From Nageia nagi (Eukaryota; Plantae; Pinophyta): 64,000 nt of DNA. Each line of letters opens with the position of its first letter. Position 1 is the stretch's first letter. Shown here one piece after another: positions 1 through 14,736 of the stretch. The translations under genes and the position numbers were made by a program. Below the pieces are notes generated by a model that worked only from the letters and a program-made list of their open reading frames with translations, searched no databases and was not told the origin of the DNA. The stretch spans positions 207,700,001-207,764,000 of the forward strand of contig JBITNC010000001.1 of assembly GCA_050084985.1 (NCBI GenBank), written 5' to 3'.

Positions 1-2866
1 GTTGACCCATGCTTAAACCAATTATGTCAAGTAAAGGATTTTCTAAGGATGAGTCAAATATGATTCATAATAGAATAGCTCTCAAAGGAATTTGAGGAGA
101 TAATTTCCAAGAAATCTTTCACCTAGTCCTCCTATGAAGAATTGATAGCTCTTGAAATCTAGGTTATTTCAGAGAATTTTTGGTACTACTTCTAGTAGGC
201 CTACATTCTGAAGGTGCCAAGATTTGAAATGTTGATTAGTTGATAGTAGAGTCACTAATAAGGTAATAAAACCTTATAACCTTTCAAATAACTAAGTGAT
301 AGCTAATTATACATAGGTATCTAGCCTTTTTATGCCCACTAAATATAGATTTTATTTCGTATCCCATTGAGCATGCTAAAAATGGACCTTTCTACTAGTG
401 ATTGGTATAATGTAACCTCAAGGGTTTGGTTTGGTCATGTTCTCCATTTCCTATAATAATAAGGTTCTTGAAAGAGCAAAAGGTGGTAGGGAATGTGTTT
501 ATATTTTTTCTGCTCAATCTTTTGGTCATAGGTTGGTTCCTTTATATTGATGGAAAGGCTAATAATAATAGAAAAAAGATAAATACATTAAACTAACAAA
601 GCAAATTAACCTTACATAGCTTGAGCATTACAGCACAGGTAGTAATCTATAACCAAGATTAAGAATAATAAACTATCTTTCCCTTGGGGTATCATAGTCA
701 TAATACATAGCCATAACTTAAGATAGCATTTCATACATAACATTCTCAAAGTGTAATAAACAACCACATATTGCAGAGGAAAAAGCATTATTAAATTGCA
801 TTAACACATACATACTTGGGCAAATTTGCTAGAATGTCTAACCTTTTGGACTTACAATAGTTCACTATTTATATATTTACATCTACAATTGGGTGATTTT
901 CCACCATTAATGCACTTAACTACTCTACTTTACTAAGGACAATGAAACGGATGATTTACAAATGTACAATTATAATTACAACTATGTTAAATTACATAGT
1001 GAACAAATATAATTAGCACCATGGTCTGGTAACTAAGTATCTCTGATCCATTATACTATTAAGCTATAATCTTTTTTATTTATCATTAACTGCATCCTCC
1101 TAGGACTATAGTTGATCATGGGTTGCACTATCTACTAGCTTGATTGGTATAATCTAGCATTGTATTCTATCAATAGCAATCTAACTCTTACAACCATTAA
1201 TGGTGAGCACTGTAGTTTTGATTGCATGGAATAATGAGGAAAATAAATAGTGTATCACTGTAATCCTAAGGAGAACTATAATTATCATGTGGAAATGAGT
1301 TATGATTGACACATTGATAGAGCCTTGGGGGTCAAACACTCATGATCAAGTGGACCTAGGTATTCTCTCAAACTCATTATTCTTCCTCTTATTTGGCAGG
1401 TTCTATTTCTTTTTTGCAAGCTCTAATGATGGTGGGGGCTTACTTTAACACCCATCGATTTTAGGCAAAATGTGTGACATCATCACTCAAAATCAATTGG
1501 CTTTGTTTATTTATCTTCATGAAATATTTCCTAATTAATGTCATACTACCCGTTGTTGATTATCTTAAGACCTGCTGATTTCATGCAATAGAGATGACAT
1601 CATCACTCAAAATCAATGAGCTTTGGAAGATGACTTCTTGAAATATTTCTCATGTATTTTGGATGTACGAAAAAAACTTTTCTTTGGAAATTGATGAGCT
1701 TTACAACATCATATGTTGGTGAATTGAACTAAACAAAGACTCTTATATATAACAATCCTTGGAAAAACCTAAATTCCTATAATACCTAGATTTGACTTAG
1801 ATAATTACTACCCTTACATATCATGGTATCTCCTAGACATAATATATCAACTCTTGGATATGATGTTGATAGATTTTATATGACTTATGAATCTTGATTT
1901 ATGTACAGTTACCAAAAAATATCAAACTAGACTATGATTAATTTTTGGGACTTATTACAACACCCACTAGATAGTGGTTAGACTTTAAAACAAAAATGAT
2001 TAAGACTCATATGCATATGGACAATACTCAAACTATCGACAATACTCAAAATTATTTATACTTTATTAAAATATTGATAAAAAGATTAAATATAAAGAAG
2101 AGACTTCTTTTGATTATTTACAAAAATGAAAGGGGAATAAAAAGCAAGGATCAAGAATAGATTTATTTGAAATGAATTAAAGAATAAAGAATATCATAAT
2201 GTTACCCTATTCTCATAGTGTAATTCTAAAATAATAATACTTACTTTGCAACATAATAGTTACAATAGTGACTGTGAATCTTGAGCTTGCATGCCTCTCA
2301 AAATAGTAAACATAAACTTACTTAAATATTTGTATCTCAAACATAGATCAGTTAGATACACATTGATTCAACTAGAATTTAAAGATATGTCATTGATTCA
2401 ACAAGAATTCAAATAACACCAATTCTAATAAATAATTTGAAAATTTGATCAATAATGCTTTTCATAAATGATTTCAAATAAATCATCAATGATGTTAAAA
2501 TAAATTTCATCATAAGCACTAACATTTTTGCACTACTTCAAATAAATAATTCTGCTATAAATAACTAAAAATATAATTGATTCAACATTGATACCTATCA
2601 ATTTTATAATTACACATCTAAAAAAAATAAGTACTACAATACTAATAGATAAATCTATCAAGTATCATCATTATGCAAGATATTTTGATAGTATCAAACA
2701 TATGCATTTTTAGTATAGTGGTATAGTAGATCAATAACTAACTTTTCATTGATAATAAATAAGTAATACAAAATAAAAATATCATTTGCAAGTGTTACAT
2801 TCTTTTGAAATTTAACCAAGGTTATAAAATAGTCCTATCAAGGTAGTAAATTTTTCATCACACACT

Positions 2867-4261
2867 TTACTTACTCTCTCTTGAGGACAACTTTACTAAA
2901 CCAAGAATATCTCTGTATTTTGAAAACTAATCATTGGCTAAAGGTTTAGTAAACAAATCAACAAGATTCTCATAAGATGAATAGTAATGCAGTGATATAG
3001 TTCCATCAAGAACCTTTTGTCTAATGAAGAGAACTTGAATTTCCACATGCTTAGTTCTTTAATGAAAGACTAGAGTTTTAGCTAATGCAATAGCTAATTG
3101 ATTATCATATTGAATTCATGTTGCATTCAACTATTTGAAACTAATATAATGTAAAATATTTCAAAGCAAAATTTTCTCTTGAGCAACTACTATCATAGTT
3201 CTATATGTTCCTTTTATGGTAGATAAAGTAATTATTGATTAATTATTTGATACCAAAGAGATATAAGTTGAACAACATTAAAAATATAACCACTTGTAGA
3301 ATTTCTATCTTCTCTGTCGCAACCATAATCAACATCAAATATTCATTTAACTCAAAGGCTCTAAAGGAATTATATTTTAAATCAAACTTCTTGGTACCAA
3401 TAATGTATCTTGAAATTTTTTTAACTACATTAATATGTTCTACATAAGATTTTTACATAAACCTTTCCATCATGTTAAGTTCAAAGGCAATTTCAGGTTT
3501 TGTAATTGTTAGATATATGAGACTATCTATCAATTTCCTATATGAGGTTACATGTTTGCATGTACATTAAACTTGATACCAATTGGTATTGATGTATCAA
3601 TTGACTTAAAATTTTCCATGTTAAACTATTTTAAAATATCTAAAATGTATTTTGATTGATTGAGAAATATTGTATCATCATCCTAATAAATTTGTATGCC
3701 CAAATAGTAGTACATCAATCCCAAGACTTTCATTTTGAATTCTAACTTTAGATTTGAAATGCAATTATTAATAAGAACAACACTATTACCAATGATCAAC
3801 AAATCATCCACATAAAGCAAAATGAGGAGTAAATAATAATCCTAGTTGAGGATGTTTAAATCAGTATCTATGTAGAATTTGGTAAACCCAAAAGAGTGAA
3901 AGAATTTTGATATTTTATCATACCATACCCTTTAAGCTTTCTTCATATCATAAAGAGATTTCTTTAATTTGTATACATATGATTATTTTCCTTTGATATA
4001 AAAACCTTTTGGTTATGAAATATATATTTCAACATCCAAATCATCATTTAGAAAGGCATTTTCAACGTCAAGTTTCCTTACCATCCATTTATGGATTATA
4101 GTCAAAGTAATGACTAATTTGATTATAGTCATTTTTGCAATAGGAGTAAAGGTTTAAGTATAATGTAAACCTTCTTTCTATGCATAGGCTTTCTCCTACT
4201 AATCTTGCCTTATGCTTCCCGATCTCACCATTGGAATCATACTTAATTCTATATACCCACT
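2867..4261 (-). pseudogene. Ty1/Copia element A, RT and RNase H (3' half of pol), decayed
   Basis: Minus strand reads WVYRIKYDSNGEIGKHKARLV near 4200-4260 and DNQLAIALAKTLVFH*RTKHVEIQ...ENLVDLFTKPL near 2930-3110, which are Copia RT and RNase H motifs. Many stops and frameshifts. Confidence 0.9.
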
Positions 4262-4838
4262 AAACAAAGCACTATTTATCTATAATGTAATATTGAAACA
4301 TATATCAGAAATATGGCATCAAATGAACAAGATAAATAATGTACCATTGTCAAATCAACATGAAATAATAGAGATCATACATCAATTTCCATAACACACC
4401 ATAAGGAATGAACACCACCAATGGCCTAAGAGCACATCGTTAGCTACGTGAAAGATGCAAATCTACAAATAGTAATAAATATGTATGAAGAGGGATGAAG
4501 GGTTTGATAGATCTATGCAGAGGGGTTGTTACAAAACACTATTGTTGGTTGGATAGAATGATCTTGCATGTTTTGGTTTCTCTTTTTCTATATCTACATA
4601 CATCCTTTATGTTGCCTTTGATATTCTTTTATAGCAACATTTTTTATCCTCTTTGTTTCTTGGGATCATTGCTCATTACATTATTTATGGTATCTTTCTT
4701 GATATTTGACATGTATTACATTATTCAATGGTCCATTACATTACCTTGGGTATATTTTAACTCTCTTTACAATACATATTCATTGATGCTTTAAAATGAA
4801 TTATTTAATAAGAAATAACTTATTTTTAGCTATCTACA
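4262..4838 (-). repeat. T1 3' LTR (outer ~25-30 bp deleted)
   Basis: Aligns by eye along its length with 11790-12361 and ends TCTACA at 4838. A PPT-like tract (minus AAAGATAGGCAAAA) abuts it at 4839-4852. Confidence 0.85.
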
Positions 4839-5404
4839 TTTTGCCTATCTTTGGAGTTGTGATTGAAGAAATGATATTACATATCCAAAGAATAAGTGTA
4901 GAAGAAATATTTAAAACCTTTATTCAGTATTGCCATTTGATGATTATGATGCGGGTCCTTTTCTACCCCCTTTTGGCTTGGATTCCCTAGAAAAGCTCCT
5001 TGAGTGGTGCAACCAAGGTAAAATTTGAAAAACTATATCTTTTTTCCCCTTGTGATATTTCTACCATGGAAGGAACTCTACTACAAAATAGACTTATGAT
5101 CCCACATCCAATCTTTGAAATAGAAGAGAGTCTTTTGCACAATTACATTGTTAAACCATCAATTTGGTCATTCCTTCATCTCTAATACTTAGGAATATTA
5201 TACTCTTACATCCATACCTTGATACAAACAAGGTTCCTTTTATTTTAGCTTTTGGTTCATTGAAGTTCACTCTTCCAGCTATGTGAAAATAGTGTTTTTA
5301 CACTATTAATAATGTATATTCTACATCATTTTCTTTCATTCTTTTGATGTAGATACCTACAAAAAGTGTTATATATATTCTGCATGAAAATATTTTGGAT
5401 ACAT

Positions 5405-5740
5405 AGTGAGTTGCACTATCTATTGATGATGAATCAATGTTAGCAATCTACTTATAGCTACATCATTGGCTTATGTTTTAAGTGAGTAAACACTCACTAG
5501 CTGTATCGATGGCTATCGATAGTCAAATGTTTTATGTCTATGACCCTAAGATATTATGCCTTGTATGGTTCAAATCCAAACCTTATGGATATATAGCAAG
5601 TTATATTTTCTATTGAAGATGAATCAATGTCCACATCTTGCTTACAATTCCAACGTTGATTTATCTTTTAAGTGAGTGAACTATCACCAATCATATCAAT
5701 GGCCATTAGTGACCTAGCATTTATATATGCATGCTTTGGA
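5405..5740. repeat. ~190-bp diverged tandem duplication in the T1 3' non-coding region
   Basis: CTATTGA(T/A)GATGAATCAATGT...TTTTAAGTGAGT occurs at ~5420 and ~5610. Confidence 0.6.
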
Positions 5741-5919
5741 GATATTATACTTTTTTTTTCTTTTTTCTTTTTTTACATAATTGGTGATGTACAAAAAGTA
5801 AAGCACGTTATTAGCTATGTGGAAACAATGAAAGAAACTACAGAAATGAAAATAGAAAATAAAATACATGTACCTTACATGAAATATTCATTGTTTTCTA
5901 AGGTACAGAGCCACTTTCT

Positions 5920-8900
5920 TATGCATAAAAGCATCTTAGGTGCATGACATTAAAGGTTTTTGGATCTTATTTACCATCCATATATGATAACTTGTAATCT
6001 CTTGATACCATTGCCTAAATTGCAACAAATGGGCCCAACTAATTTGCTTCAAATTTTTCTTTTACTTCATCATTTGTAGTTGTCTTGTTAATGTTTTCCT
6101 TTAGCACTAAGTATTCCACTTGAAACTCTTTTGACTTTATCTTCTTACCAAATGCCCTCTTTAATTTTTCATGATATGCTTTCTTGTGTTTAAGTGCCTT
6201 GATTCTCTTCTCATAAAGTGACTCCAACTGGTGTAATCTAGCCTTCCTTGCTTCATCATCTGATATTTTTTCTTGTAATGAAATTTGTAAGGATGGAAAA
6301 TCCAACTCTAATGGTACTACAACCTAATCTCCATTGACTAATGAAAATAGTGTTTTCCCAGTGATTGTTCTAATACTTGTTTTGTATGCCCAAAGTGCAT
6401 AGGGTAACTACTCATGCTAATCTCTTTTGTATCTAACCCATATTTTTGCCAAAATGCTTTTAATTATTTTGTTTGATGCTTCTTCCTAAACATTCCCTTA
6501 AGGATAATAAACTAAAGAAAATATTTTTTCCAAAATGCTTTTGATTATTTTGTTTGATGCTTCTTCCTAAACATTCCCTTAAGGATAATAAACTAAAGAA
6601 AATGTTTGAGCAATATGAAACTTTTTACAAAAGGATTTTATATCTTTACCTTTAAAATTTTTTTCATTATCAGTGATCAATATTTGTGGTATCCTAAACC
6701 CGGTTATGATATTCTCTATGAAGAATGCAATGATCTTATCTTGTATAATTGATTTCATTGGAATGGATTCAACCCATTTCGTAGTAAAATCTATAGCTAT
6801 GATAATGAATTTTTAACCTTCCCTTGAATGTGGGTTGATAAGCCCAATCAAATTTATTCCCCATGTTGTAAAAAGCTAAGGTAAAACTATGGAATTCAAC
6901 TCGAGTTGGTTATTTCTCCAAATTTGCATGCTTTTAACACTGTAAATAGATTTTAATATGATTCTTACAGTCCTCCTTCATTGTAGGCCAATAGTACCCA
7001 ATTCACAAAAGCTTAGTATACAATGCTTTTGCATAGAAGTTTCCTCCATACAACCCATCAAGTGCATGTTCTAATGTTGTTGCTATTTCATGTTGTGTTA
7101 GACATCTCAACAAAGCTCCAACAAATGACCTTCTATATAACACTTCACCAATAACCACACACTGAATAGTTTTCCTCTTTAATATAACCCTTTCATTTCT
7201 ATCATACCTTGAAGGTATTATTTGATCTTTCAAATAATTGTAAATGTCAACATACCATTATTTAGAATCATCTTCTAAGTTAAGTTTAAATGTATGGATT
7301 TGCTCTATGTGATCAAGGTAAGAAGGTGTACCAAGTTTTCTAATCTTAAGAATGGTATCTTCATCCTCTAACTCAATTGATGCCAATGAAGCTACACTTG
7401 CCATTGCATCTGCATACCTATTATTATTCCTTATAATATTCTTAATAGTATACCTATTAAACTCATCAAGCAACTCAGTAACCACTATATTATATGGCTT
7501 TAACTTTTCATCCTTTTTATTATATGTATCATAAACTTGATTTACCATAAGTTGTGAATCACCATATATTTGGAAATCTTTTATATCTAGGGTTATAGCT
7601 ACTTTTAATCCTAAAATCAGAACTTCATACTCTACCATGTTATTGGTGCACTCAAATCTAAATTTATAATCCATAGGAATTATCTCATTATTCTATAACA
7701 ATAAAATAATACCAACCCTTGCTCTATAAGAGCACTTAAATCCATCAAAAATTAGGGTCTAGGTTGTAGGTTCATCCTCTATATAGCCTACAATATCATA
7801 TGGAATTATTATTTATTCAATATCACACCTTTGGTGGCCTTCCATTAGTTTTGCATGCTATTGGCTACGTGAATCCTCATCATACTCATTTGGGAACTCT
7901 TCATGTACCATTGTACCATCATTCTAAGGGAAGTCTACTATCAAGTCTAAAATTGTCTTCCCTTTCATAGATTTTTTATTTACCACATGGATATCAAATT
8001 CTTGCAATAACATCAACCACTTAGCTACCCTTCCTGATATATGTTGTTTTGTTACAAGATATTTCAATAGGTTAACTAGGCTAACAACATATGTAGTGTA
8101 ATATAAAAGATAATGTCTCAATTTTTTTATGACAAAAATAATACCAAAGCAAAGCTTTTCCATGGGTGGGTATCTAGTTTCATAATCAATAAGAGTTTTT
8201 CTAAGTTAGTATATTTCCCTTTCTTTATTCTCATCATCTTTCTAACACAACATTTCCCCCAAGGCATACAAAGTAGCTAATATATAAAGATATATTGGCT
8301 TTGAAAAATCCATAGGAACTAAGATAAGAAGATTTAACAAGTATTATTTTATATCTTCAAATGCTTTTTAATATTTTTTATCCCATACAAACTTGACATC
8401 CTTTTTCAACAAATTAGTAAATGGCCTACATTTATCTCCAATTTGGGAAATAAATCTTCTTACCAAATTTATCTTTCCTTAAAGACTCCTTAGTTTCTTG
8501 AGGTTCCTTGGAGTTAGCATGCTTACTATGGCTTTTAACTTCTTAGGATCTACCTCAATACCCCTTTTTGACACCATGTATCTAAGTAATTTTTCGTAGG
8601 TAACACCAAAATCATACTTTTGAGGCTTGAGTCTAAGCTTATATCTTTTTACGAATTGAAATATCTTTTTAAGGAGCTCTAAATGGTCTTGGCCTTGCTT
8701 TGATTTGACTAAGATGTCATCAAAATATAACTCTACTAATTTATGAATGTGCTCATGAAACATTAATAGCATAACCCTTTTGTAGGTAGCACCTACATTT
8801 TTCAATCCAAAAGGCATAACCTTCCAACAAAACTTTCCCCATGTTGTAGTGAAACTAGTATTATGTTGATCAACTAGATTGATTAATATTTGGTTATATC

Positions 8901-9300
8901 CCAAAACTTCATCCATAAAAGATAAAGTACCATGAATAGTAATATTATCCATAATCATATCAATATTAGGAAATGGAAAATCATATTTTATACAAGCATT
9001 ATTGATGTCATACAAATCAGTACAAACCCTTATTTCACCAATAGGTTTTGTAACAAGAATAATGTTAGCCATCCATTTTGAAAAATCAATTGGTTTAATA
9101 AATATAGCATTCAAATATTTTTTCTATTTCTTACTTGACTAACAATGCCTTAGAAGGATGCATTTTTCTTAGTTTTTATTTAATTGATTTGGTTCCTTTC
9201 TTCAGTGGTAAATTATGCATAATAAAAGAGGGATCTAAACTAAGAATATTAGCATAGGACCAAGCAAAATTCTTTTGATTTTTAAGAAATTTATTTTTGT
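5920..9300 (-). pseudogene. T1 pol: RT, RNase H, additional archaeal-type RNase H, integrase
   Basis: RT IRVCTDLYDINNAC..DFPFPNID...YFDDILVKS (8479-9114). RNase H EKLCFGIIFVIKKLRHYLL (7924-8163). Second RNase H *TLIFDG...CTNNMVEYEVLILGL...GDSQLMVNQV...NRYADAMA (~7330-7765). Integrase ~5920-7233. Confidence 0.9.
6440..6604. repeat. 81-bp near-identical tandem duplication within T1 integrase
   Basis: CAAAATGCTTTT(A/G)ATTATTTTGTTTGATGCTTCTTCCTAAACATTCCC...AAAGAAAAT at 6450 and 6531. Confidence 0.9.
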
Positions 9301-10359
9301 ACCTTTATTATAGAGATGTTGGAAGGGTTGCACCAACTTTGACCAACCTTTGCTCATCACTTATTCCAATATTAACATCTACTAATTCTTTAACTGGGAA
9401 TGTTAATTCATATTTTTTGTAGAAATGAAGATAGCTCTTCTAATCCTTGAATTTCACATGCATCATCATATCCTTGCTCTACTTGAAATACTTTATTAAA
9501 ATTCATGTCTTGTCCAAAATATGCATACTCATAAATAATGTAACTTGATTTTAATTTTTCATTGGATTTAGGCAATTCTAAATGTGCTCTGAAGTATTCT
9601 AAAATATAATCATTGGTTTTGAAGTAATCAAACTCAAGTGGTATAGTATCATCAAGCCATAAATCTTCATCAATATCATCAGAATGTTCAATCAAATTAT
9701 ATTATTTTATAAACTTGATAAGCCCCATTGTTTATTTTGTATTTTGATCACTTCCAATCTATTATTAGTTTTCTAAGCTCCTAAAGTAGTAGGAAAAGAA
9801 GACATTCATTATTCTAATTTACCTAAACTGCCTCCTTTATATTTGTAATTTTCTCTATCATATGCTTTTGATACAAATTAAGGATACTATTTTTACCATT
9901 TACATTTATCATGTGATTCCCTTATTGACATTTAGACTAGGTGATACCAATTACTACAATAGTAAGATTCCCATCATCTCATTGTTTTACCATTGTTGGC
10001 AGCCTTTAAAAGTATAAACTACATACATTGTACACCTATCAAACACTAAGATTAATTATTTGGTTGTTCCAAATCTATTGTAGATGTAAAATCAATTTTA
10101 ATTTGTATTCATCCTATGCAATTATACAGCTATTTTTCTATTTATGTTGTAACTATTATCTGTACATCTTATACTAATATTCTATTGCTATTTAAATACT
10201 TCAAACATTTTATCCATATTACAATCATCATTTAATATTAATATGCAATACCTAGTATTTTATCTAAATTTTTCTTATATTCATATCTATATATTTAAGT
10301 AAAATAATTATATATCTAATAATTAATCACTCATTTCTTAATATATCTAAGTTTTCTAA

Positions 10360-11720
10360 AAAAATGGTAGGAAACATATTTGTAGGGACTTTTTCTTTCT
10401 TGGACAAAGTATATAATATCTCCTTATGTGTTTTAGATGTAGATATGAGATTATACAAACTAATCTTGGACACCACCTTCTTTAATCATGTACAAACTTC
10501 TTTATCAAATAAAACTATGTTTATTGTTACCTCTAGATCTAAATCTTCATGTTCAATTTCATATCTCCCTTGGGCAATAAGATCCAAATCATTACCTCTA
10601 ATTCATTGCAAAAATTTGTAGCATGACCTTTTCTTTGATGATAAGTGCAATAATCATCGGATTTTCCATAGGAACATTATCATCTTGTGTTATTTTCTCT
10701 AATGGATGCAATAAAACTCTTTTCATTAGATCTCTCATAATAAACCTTGGTTGAATTGGGAATGTATATCTCCTTTCTCTTATTGTTCTTGATCTTGTCA
10801 ATTTAGGTAGGGATACAGGAGCATCAGCCATATTTACTATGTTTTATTCTTTCTTTGTATATGTTCTTTGATTCTCCTTAGTGTAAGGAGTGTAGATATA
10901 CTTGAGATCTCCTAACTTAAGCAAAACTTTCTCTTTTTGTAATAATTCTTGTGCTAATACCCCAAATCCATTACTTTTATTACTTGGAGCATGCAAGTTA
11001 ACGATTGGCAAAATAGAATCTCTAAATATACCAAAAATTTCATATTCATCCAATTTGGTATGAATAGATTATCATACCCTTTTGAATCTTGGAATATACT
11101 TCTCTAGGTTTCATTGCTTCCTTGGTCCATTGCACATAATTCTATAATAGTTCCTTGCTCTTTAACATTATGCTTATATTGACCCATGAAGAATTTCACC
11201 AATGACTTGAATGAATCTATTGATCCTACTGGAAAATTATAGAACCATTAACTAGCATCACCTTTTAAACTTCTTAGGAAAAATTTGACCATCAATTTCT
11301 CCTCTAATCCCAATTTCAACAAGCACTCCTCTTGAAGTCTGATAAGATATTGCTTTAGGTCTTATTTGTCACTAAACATCTTAAACTTGAGAGTCTTATG
11401 CTCGAGTGGTAGGGTATAATTATAGATATCATCTAATAAGAGTGAGGTGAATACACCATCATATTCTTCTTCTTTTTGCTATAATCTATTGCTATTCTCA
11501 ATATTAGTTAACCTTGCCATCACAGTGGGATCTGGAACTAAAGATGAATTATTATCAGAGACTTGCATTGAAGCTACTTGCCTATGTAGAGCTACTAATG
11601 CTTTATTCATGTGTGCTATCTGCACTAGAGCTTATTCCATTCTTACACCACTGATGGCCTAAAAATAATTTTTATACACGGCTAACAGTATTAATCTTTC
11701 ACAAAAATCTCATGAGATAT
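10360..11720 (-). pseudogene. T1 gag, decayed
   Basis: Minus strand near 11200-11290 reads FFLRSLKGDAS*WFYNFPVGSIDSFKSL (retrotransposon gag motif). ORF fragments 10844-11053 and 10598-10831 continue it. Confidence 0.75.
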
Positions 11721-11764
11721 CATCGATAGGGCAAGATTAATCAAAATAATTATGTTCACCAAAA

Positions 11765-12361
11765 TGTAGACCAAAAATAATACATAAGTGATAAAATATT
11801 TTTCTACGATGTAATATTGAAGCATATATCAAAAATATGGCATCAAACAAATATGATAAATAATGTACCTTTCTCATATCAATATGAAATAATAGAGATC
11901 ATACATCAATCACCATAACACACTATAAGGAATGAACACCACCAATGGCCTAAGAGCACATCATAAGGTGTGTGAAAGATGCAAATATATGAACAAAAAT
12001 AAATATGTGCGAAGTGAGATGAAGGATTTGATATATCTATGCACAAGTGGTATTACAAAACACCATTGTTGGTCAAATAGAATGATCTTGCATGTTTTGA
12101 TTTCTCTTTTTTGATATCTATCGATGTCCTTTATGTTGCCTTTAATGTTATTTTATAGCAACATTTTTTATCCTCTTTTATTCTTGGGATCATTGCTCAT
12201 TACATTGTTTATGGTGTCTTTCTTTATATTTGACACCTATTACATTATTCAATGGTCTATTACATTGCCTTGGGTATATTTAACCCTCTTTACAATACAT
12301 ATTCCTTGATGCTTTAAAATGAATTATTTAATAAGAAATAATTCATTTTTAGGCATCTACA
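11765..12361 (-). repeat. T1 5' LTR (597 bp)
   Basis: TGTAGA...TCTACA termini. On the minus strand it is followed by TTTTGGTGAAC, a PBS remnant. Confidence 0.9.
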
Positions 12362-12625
12362 CACTTATTCCCAATAACATTTATGTTTAGTGGAGGAGGT
12401 ACCAATTCTCAAGTTTCATTTTTGAGAAGAATATAAATTTTTAATTGCATAACATTTAACCAACAAGATTAATTGTAAGCTGCATTAAAACTTTAAGGTT
12501 CATCCTCATTTAGAATTCTTACAACTAAACCTATATTCATTGTTAGGCTCATTATGATTTGATGTTAATACATGTTTTTCTCAAAAGGGTAATCCTTTAA
12601 AGTTTGCTCAAGCTATTTTTGTCTT

Positions 12626-13099
12626 TTGGAATGATTGAAACTGATAGACTCATCAGAAAGTAAGAAATATTTTTCATCAAATATGGCATCCTTTGAAATA
12701 AAAATAGTTTTGGTTGAGGGATTATACAATCGGTATGCCTTTGATTCATTATCATACCCAAGAAATATACATTGTTTATCCTTATTATCTAATTTTATTC
12801 TCTTTTCTAATAGAGTGAAAGAATATGTAGTGCAACCAAATATTCTAAGATGAGAGATATTTTGGAATGATTGAAACTAGTAGACTCATCAAAAAGTAAG
12901 AAAGAATTTTTCATCAAATATGGCATCCCTTGAAATAATAATAGTTTTGGTTGAGGGATTGTACAATTGGTATGCCTTTGATTCATTACCATACCTAACA
13001 AATATACATTTTTTAGCCTTGTTAACTAATTTTATTCTCTTTTCTAATGGAATGAAAGAATATCCAGTACAACCAAATATTATAAGATGAGAGATATTT
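12626..13099. repeat. ~235-bp tandem duplication of the Copia A post-integrase region
   Basis: TTGGAATGATTGAAACT...AAGATGAGAGATATTT occurs twice head-to-tail; the copies are clearly diverged. Confidence 0.85.
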
Positions 13100-14736
13100 G
13101 GTTTCTTACCAATCCAAGCTTCAAATGGAGATAGTCCTTCAAAAACTATTTTTGGACATCTATTAAGAATGTAAACAATTGTATTGATTGATTTCCCATA
13201 GAAATTTAAGAAAATCTTCAAGCATACTTCGATTCATTTCCATGATTATTTTATTCTTCCTTTTAGCAACTTTATTTTGTTAAGTATATGAAATAATAAA
13301 TTGTCTTTTGATTCTACAAATTGCATAAAAATCATTAAATTCATTATTTTTATATTCTCCACCATTGTTTGATCTTAAGATTTTAATTTTGAGGTTAGTC
13401 TCATTTTCAACCAATGCTTTAAAAACTTTGAAGCATTCAAAATAATTAGACTTATTTTTCAAGAAATATACAAAATTCATTCTTGAAAAAAATAATTAAT
13501 AAAGGTGAGAAAATAATAAGCACCACCAAGAGTTTGCACTAGAAATGGATCCATTAAATTTGAATGAATCAATTGAAGTACAATTGATACTCATGAAGCT
13601 TTATTATTTTCAATTTTTTATTTGCTCATTTTTCCCAAATGACAACTTTCACATAAACCCTTTGTTGGAGTAATATTTAACTTGCATGTTTTTATAATTC
13701 TTACTCTTCATAACTTGTATGTTTTTTATAATTTAAATTACCAAGTATGAGATGTTAGAGATTACTTCAAAAACCTACATTTGCAACCAAACAAAATTGT
13801 GAAGGCGAGTTACTTACAATATACAATTTGTTATGAATTGAACTAGAAAGAATAATATTAATTCTTGTTTTTATTTTCCAACTAGTTTTAGTTAATTCAA
13901 TGATAACCTTTTATTTAGAAATTTGCAAAGTTGATAATAGATTTCTTCTTGGTTTTGGCACATATAAAACATTCTCAATTGCTGTACCACTAACTATTAC
14001 AATTCCAACACCTTCTACTATTAATTTTTAATTATCTTCGATAAGGACATAATCACTATTATATTTATGAATTATTTAGAATTCACTTTTCTCAAAACAC
14101 ATGTGATTAGTGCAACTAGAACCCAAAATCTAATCATGCATATTATTAAGAGATTCAATATACAAAGCACACATATAAGTAGAATTTGAATTATCAGAAT
14201 TTTATATTTTTATTTGTGTTGATTATATTTTTTCCTTTGTTTGGACCTCTTTTGAAAGGATTCTTTCCTTTTGATTTTGTATCATTCTTTTTCTTGTAAC
14301 AAGAACACTCTTTAGGCCAATATATACCATAGAAATTATAGTTTCCATAAAATTTTATTTATTTAATAGTTATACTCTTGTTATCATTAAAATATGATGA
14401 TGGCCCTTTAAAATTTGACTTATTTGGCTTGTAATTTTTTAAAAAATATGATTCTATTTTTTAACAACTAAAGAGTTTTTTTTTATTGAACATAATTATT
14501 TTTCTTGAAATTTCTCTTTTCAACATTTAAGGAAACACTTTGAGGTTTTTTCTCCATAATAGCATAATTATTTTGATTTTTAAAAGATTATTCATGTTGA
14601 ATCAACATATTTGCTAAAGACTTCAAATCAGTATTCTTATTTTATTAGCCAATTTGACTGTTTAGAATAATGACAAAGTTTTTGAATTTGATTGATAAAT
14701 TTTTGATAATGATAAAGGCAAGTAACTCCTCTTTAA

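Larger units (their letters stand above)
4262..12361 (-). mobile_element. T1: Ty3/Gypsy LTR retrotransposon of the Tat/Ogre-Retand type, inserted in Copia A RT
   Basis: Paired LTRs at ~4262-4838 and 11765-12361. Partial TSD (CACT at 4258-4261, CACTT at 12362-12366). Internal order is gag, RT, RNase H, second RNase H, integrase. Confidence 0.9.

Noticed and set aside
1-2860. Copia A 3' LTR or other defined elements
   Set aside because: It looks like decayed repeat DNA, including a short duplication near 1475/1595, but no partner LTR, TSD or coding motif could be established.
4495-4794. Hydrophobic ORF (also 12124-12309) as an env-like or membrane protein
   Set aside because: It lies inside the T1 LTRs, antisense to the element, and the frame is broken in the second LTR. 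It reflects T-rich composition.
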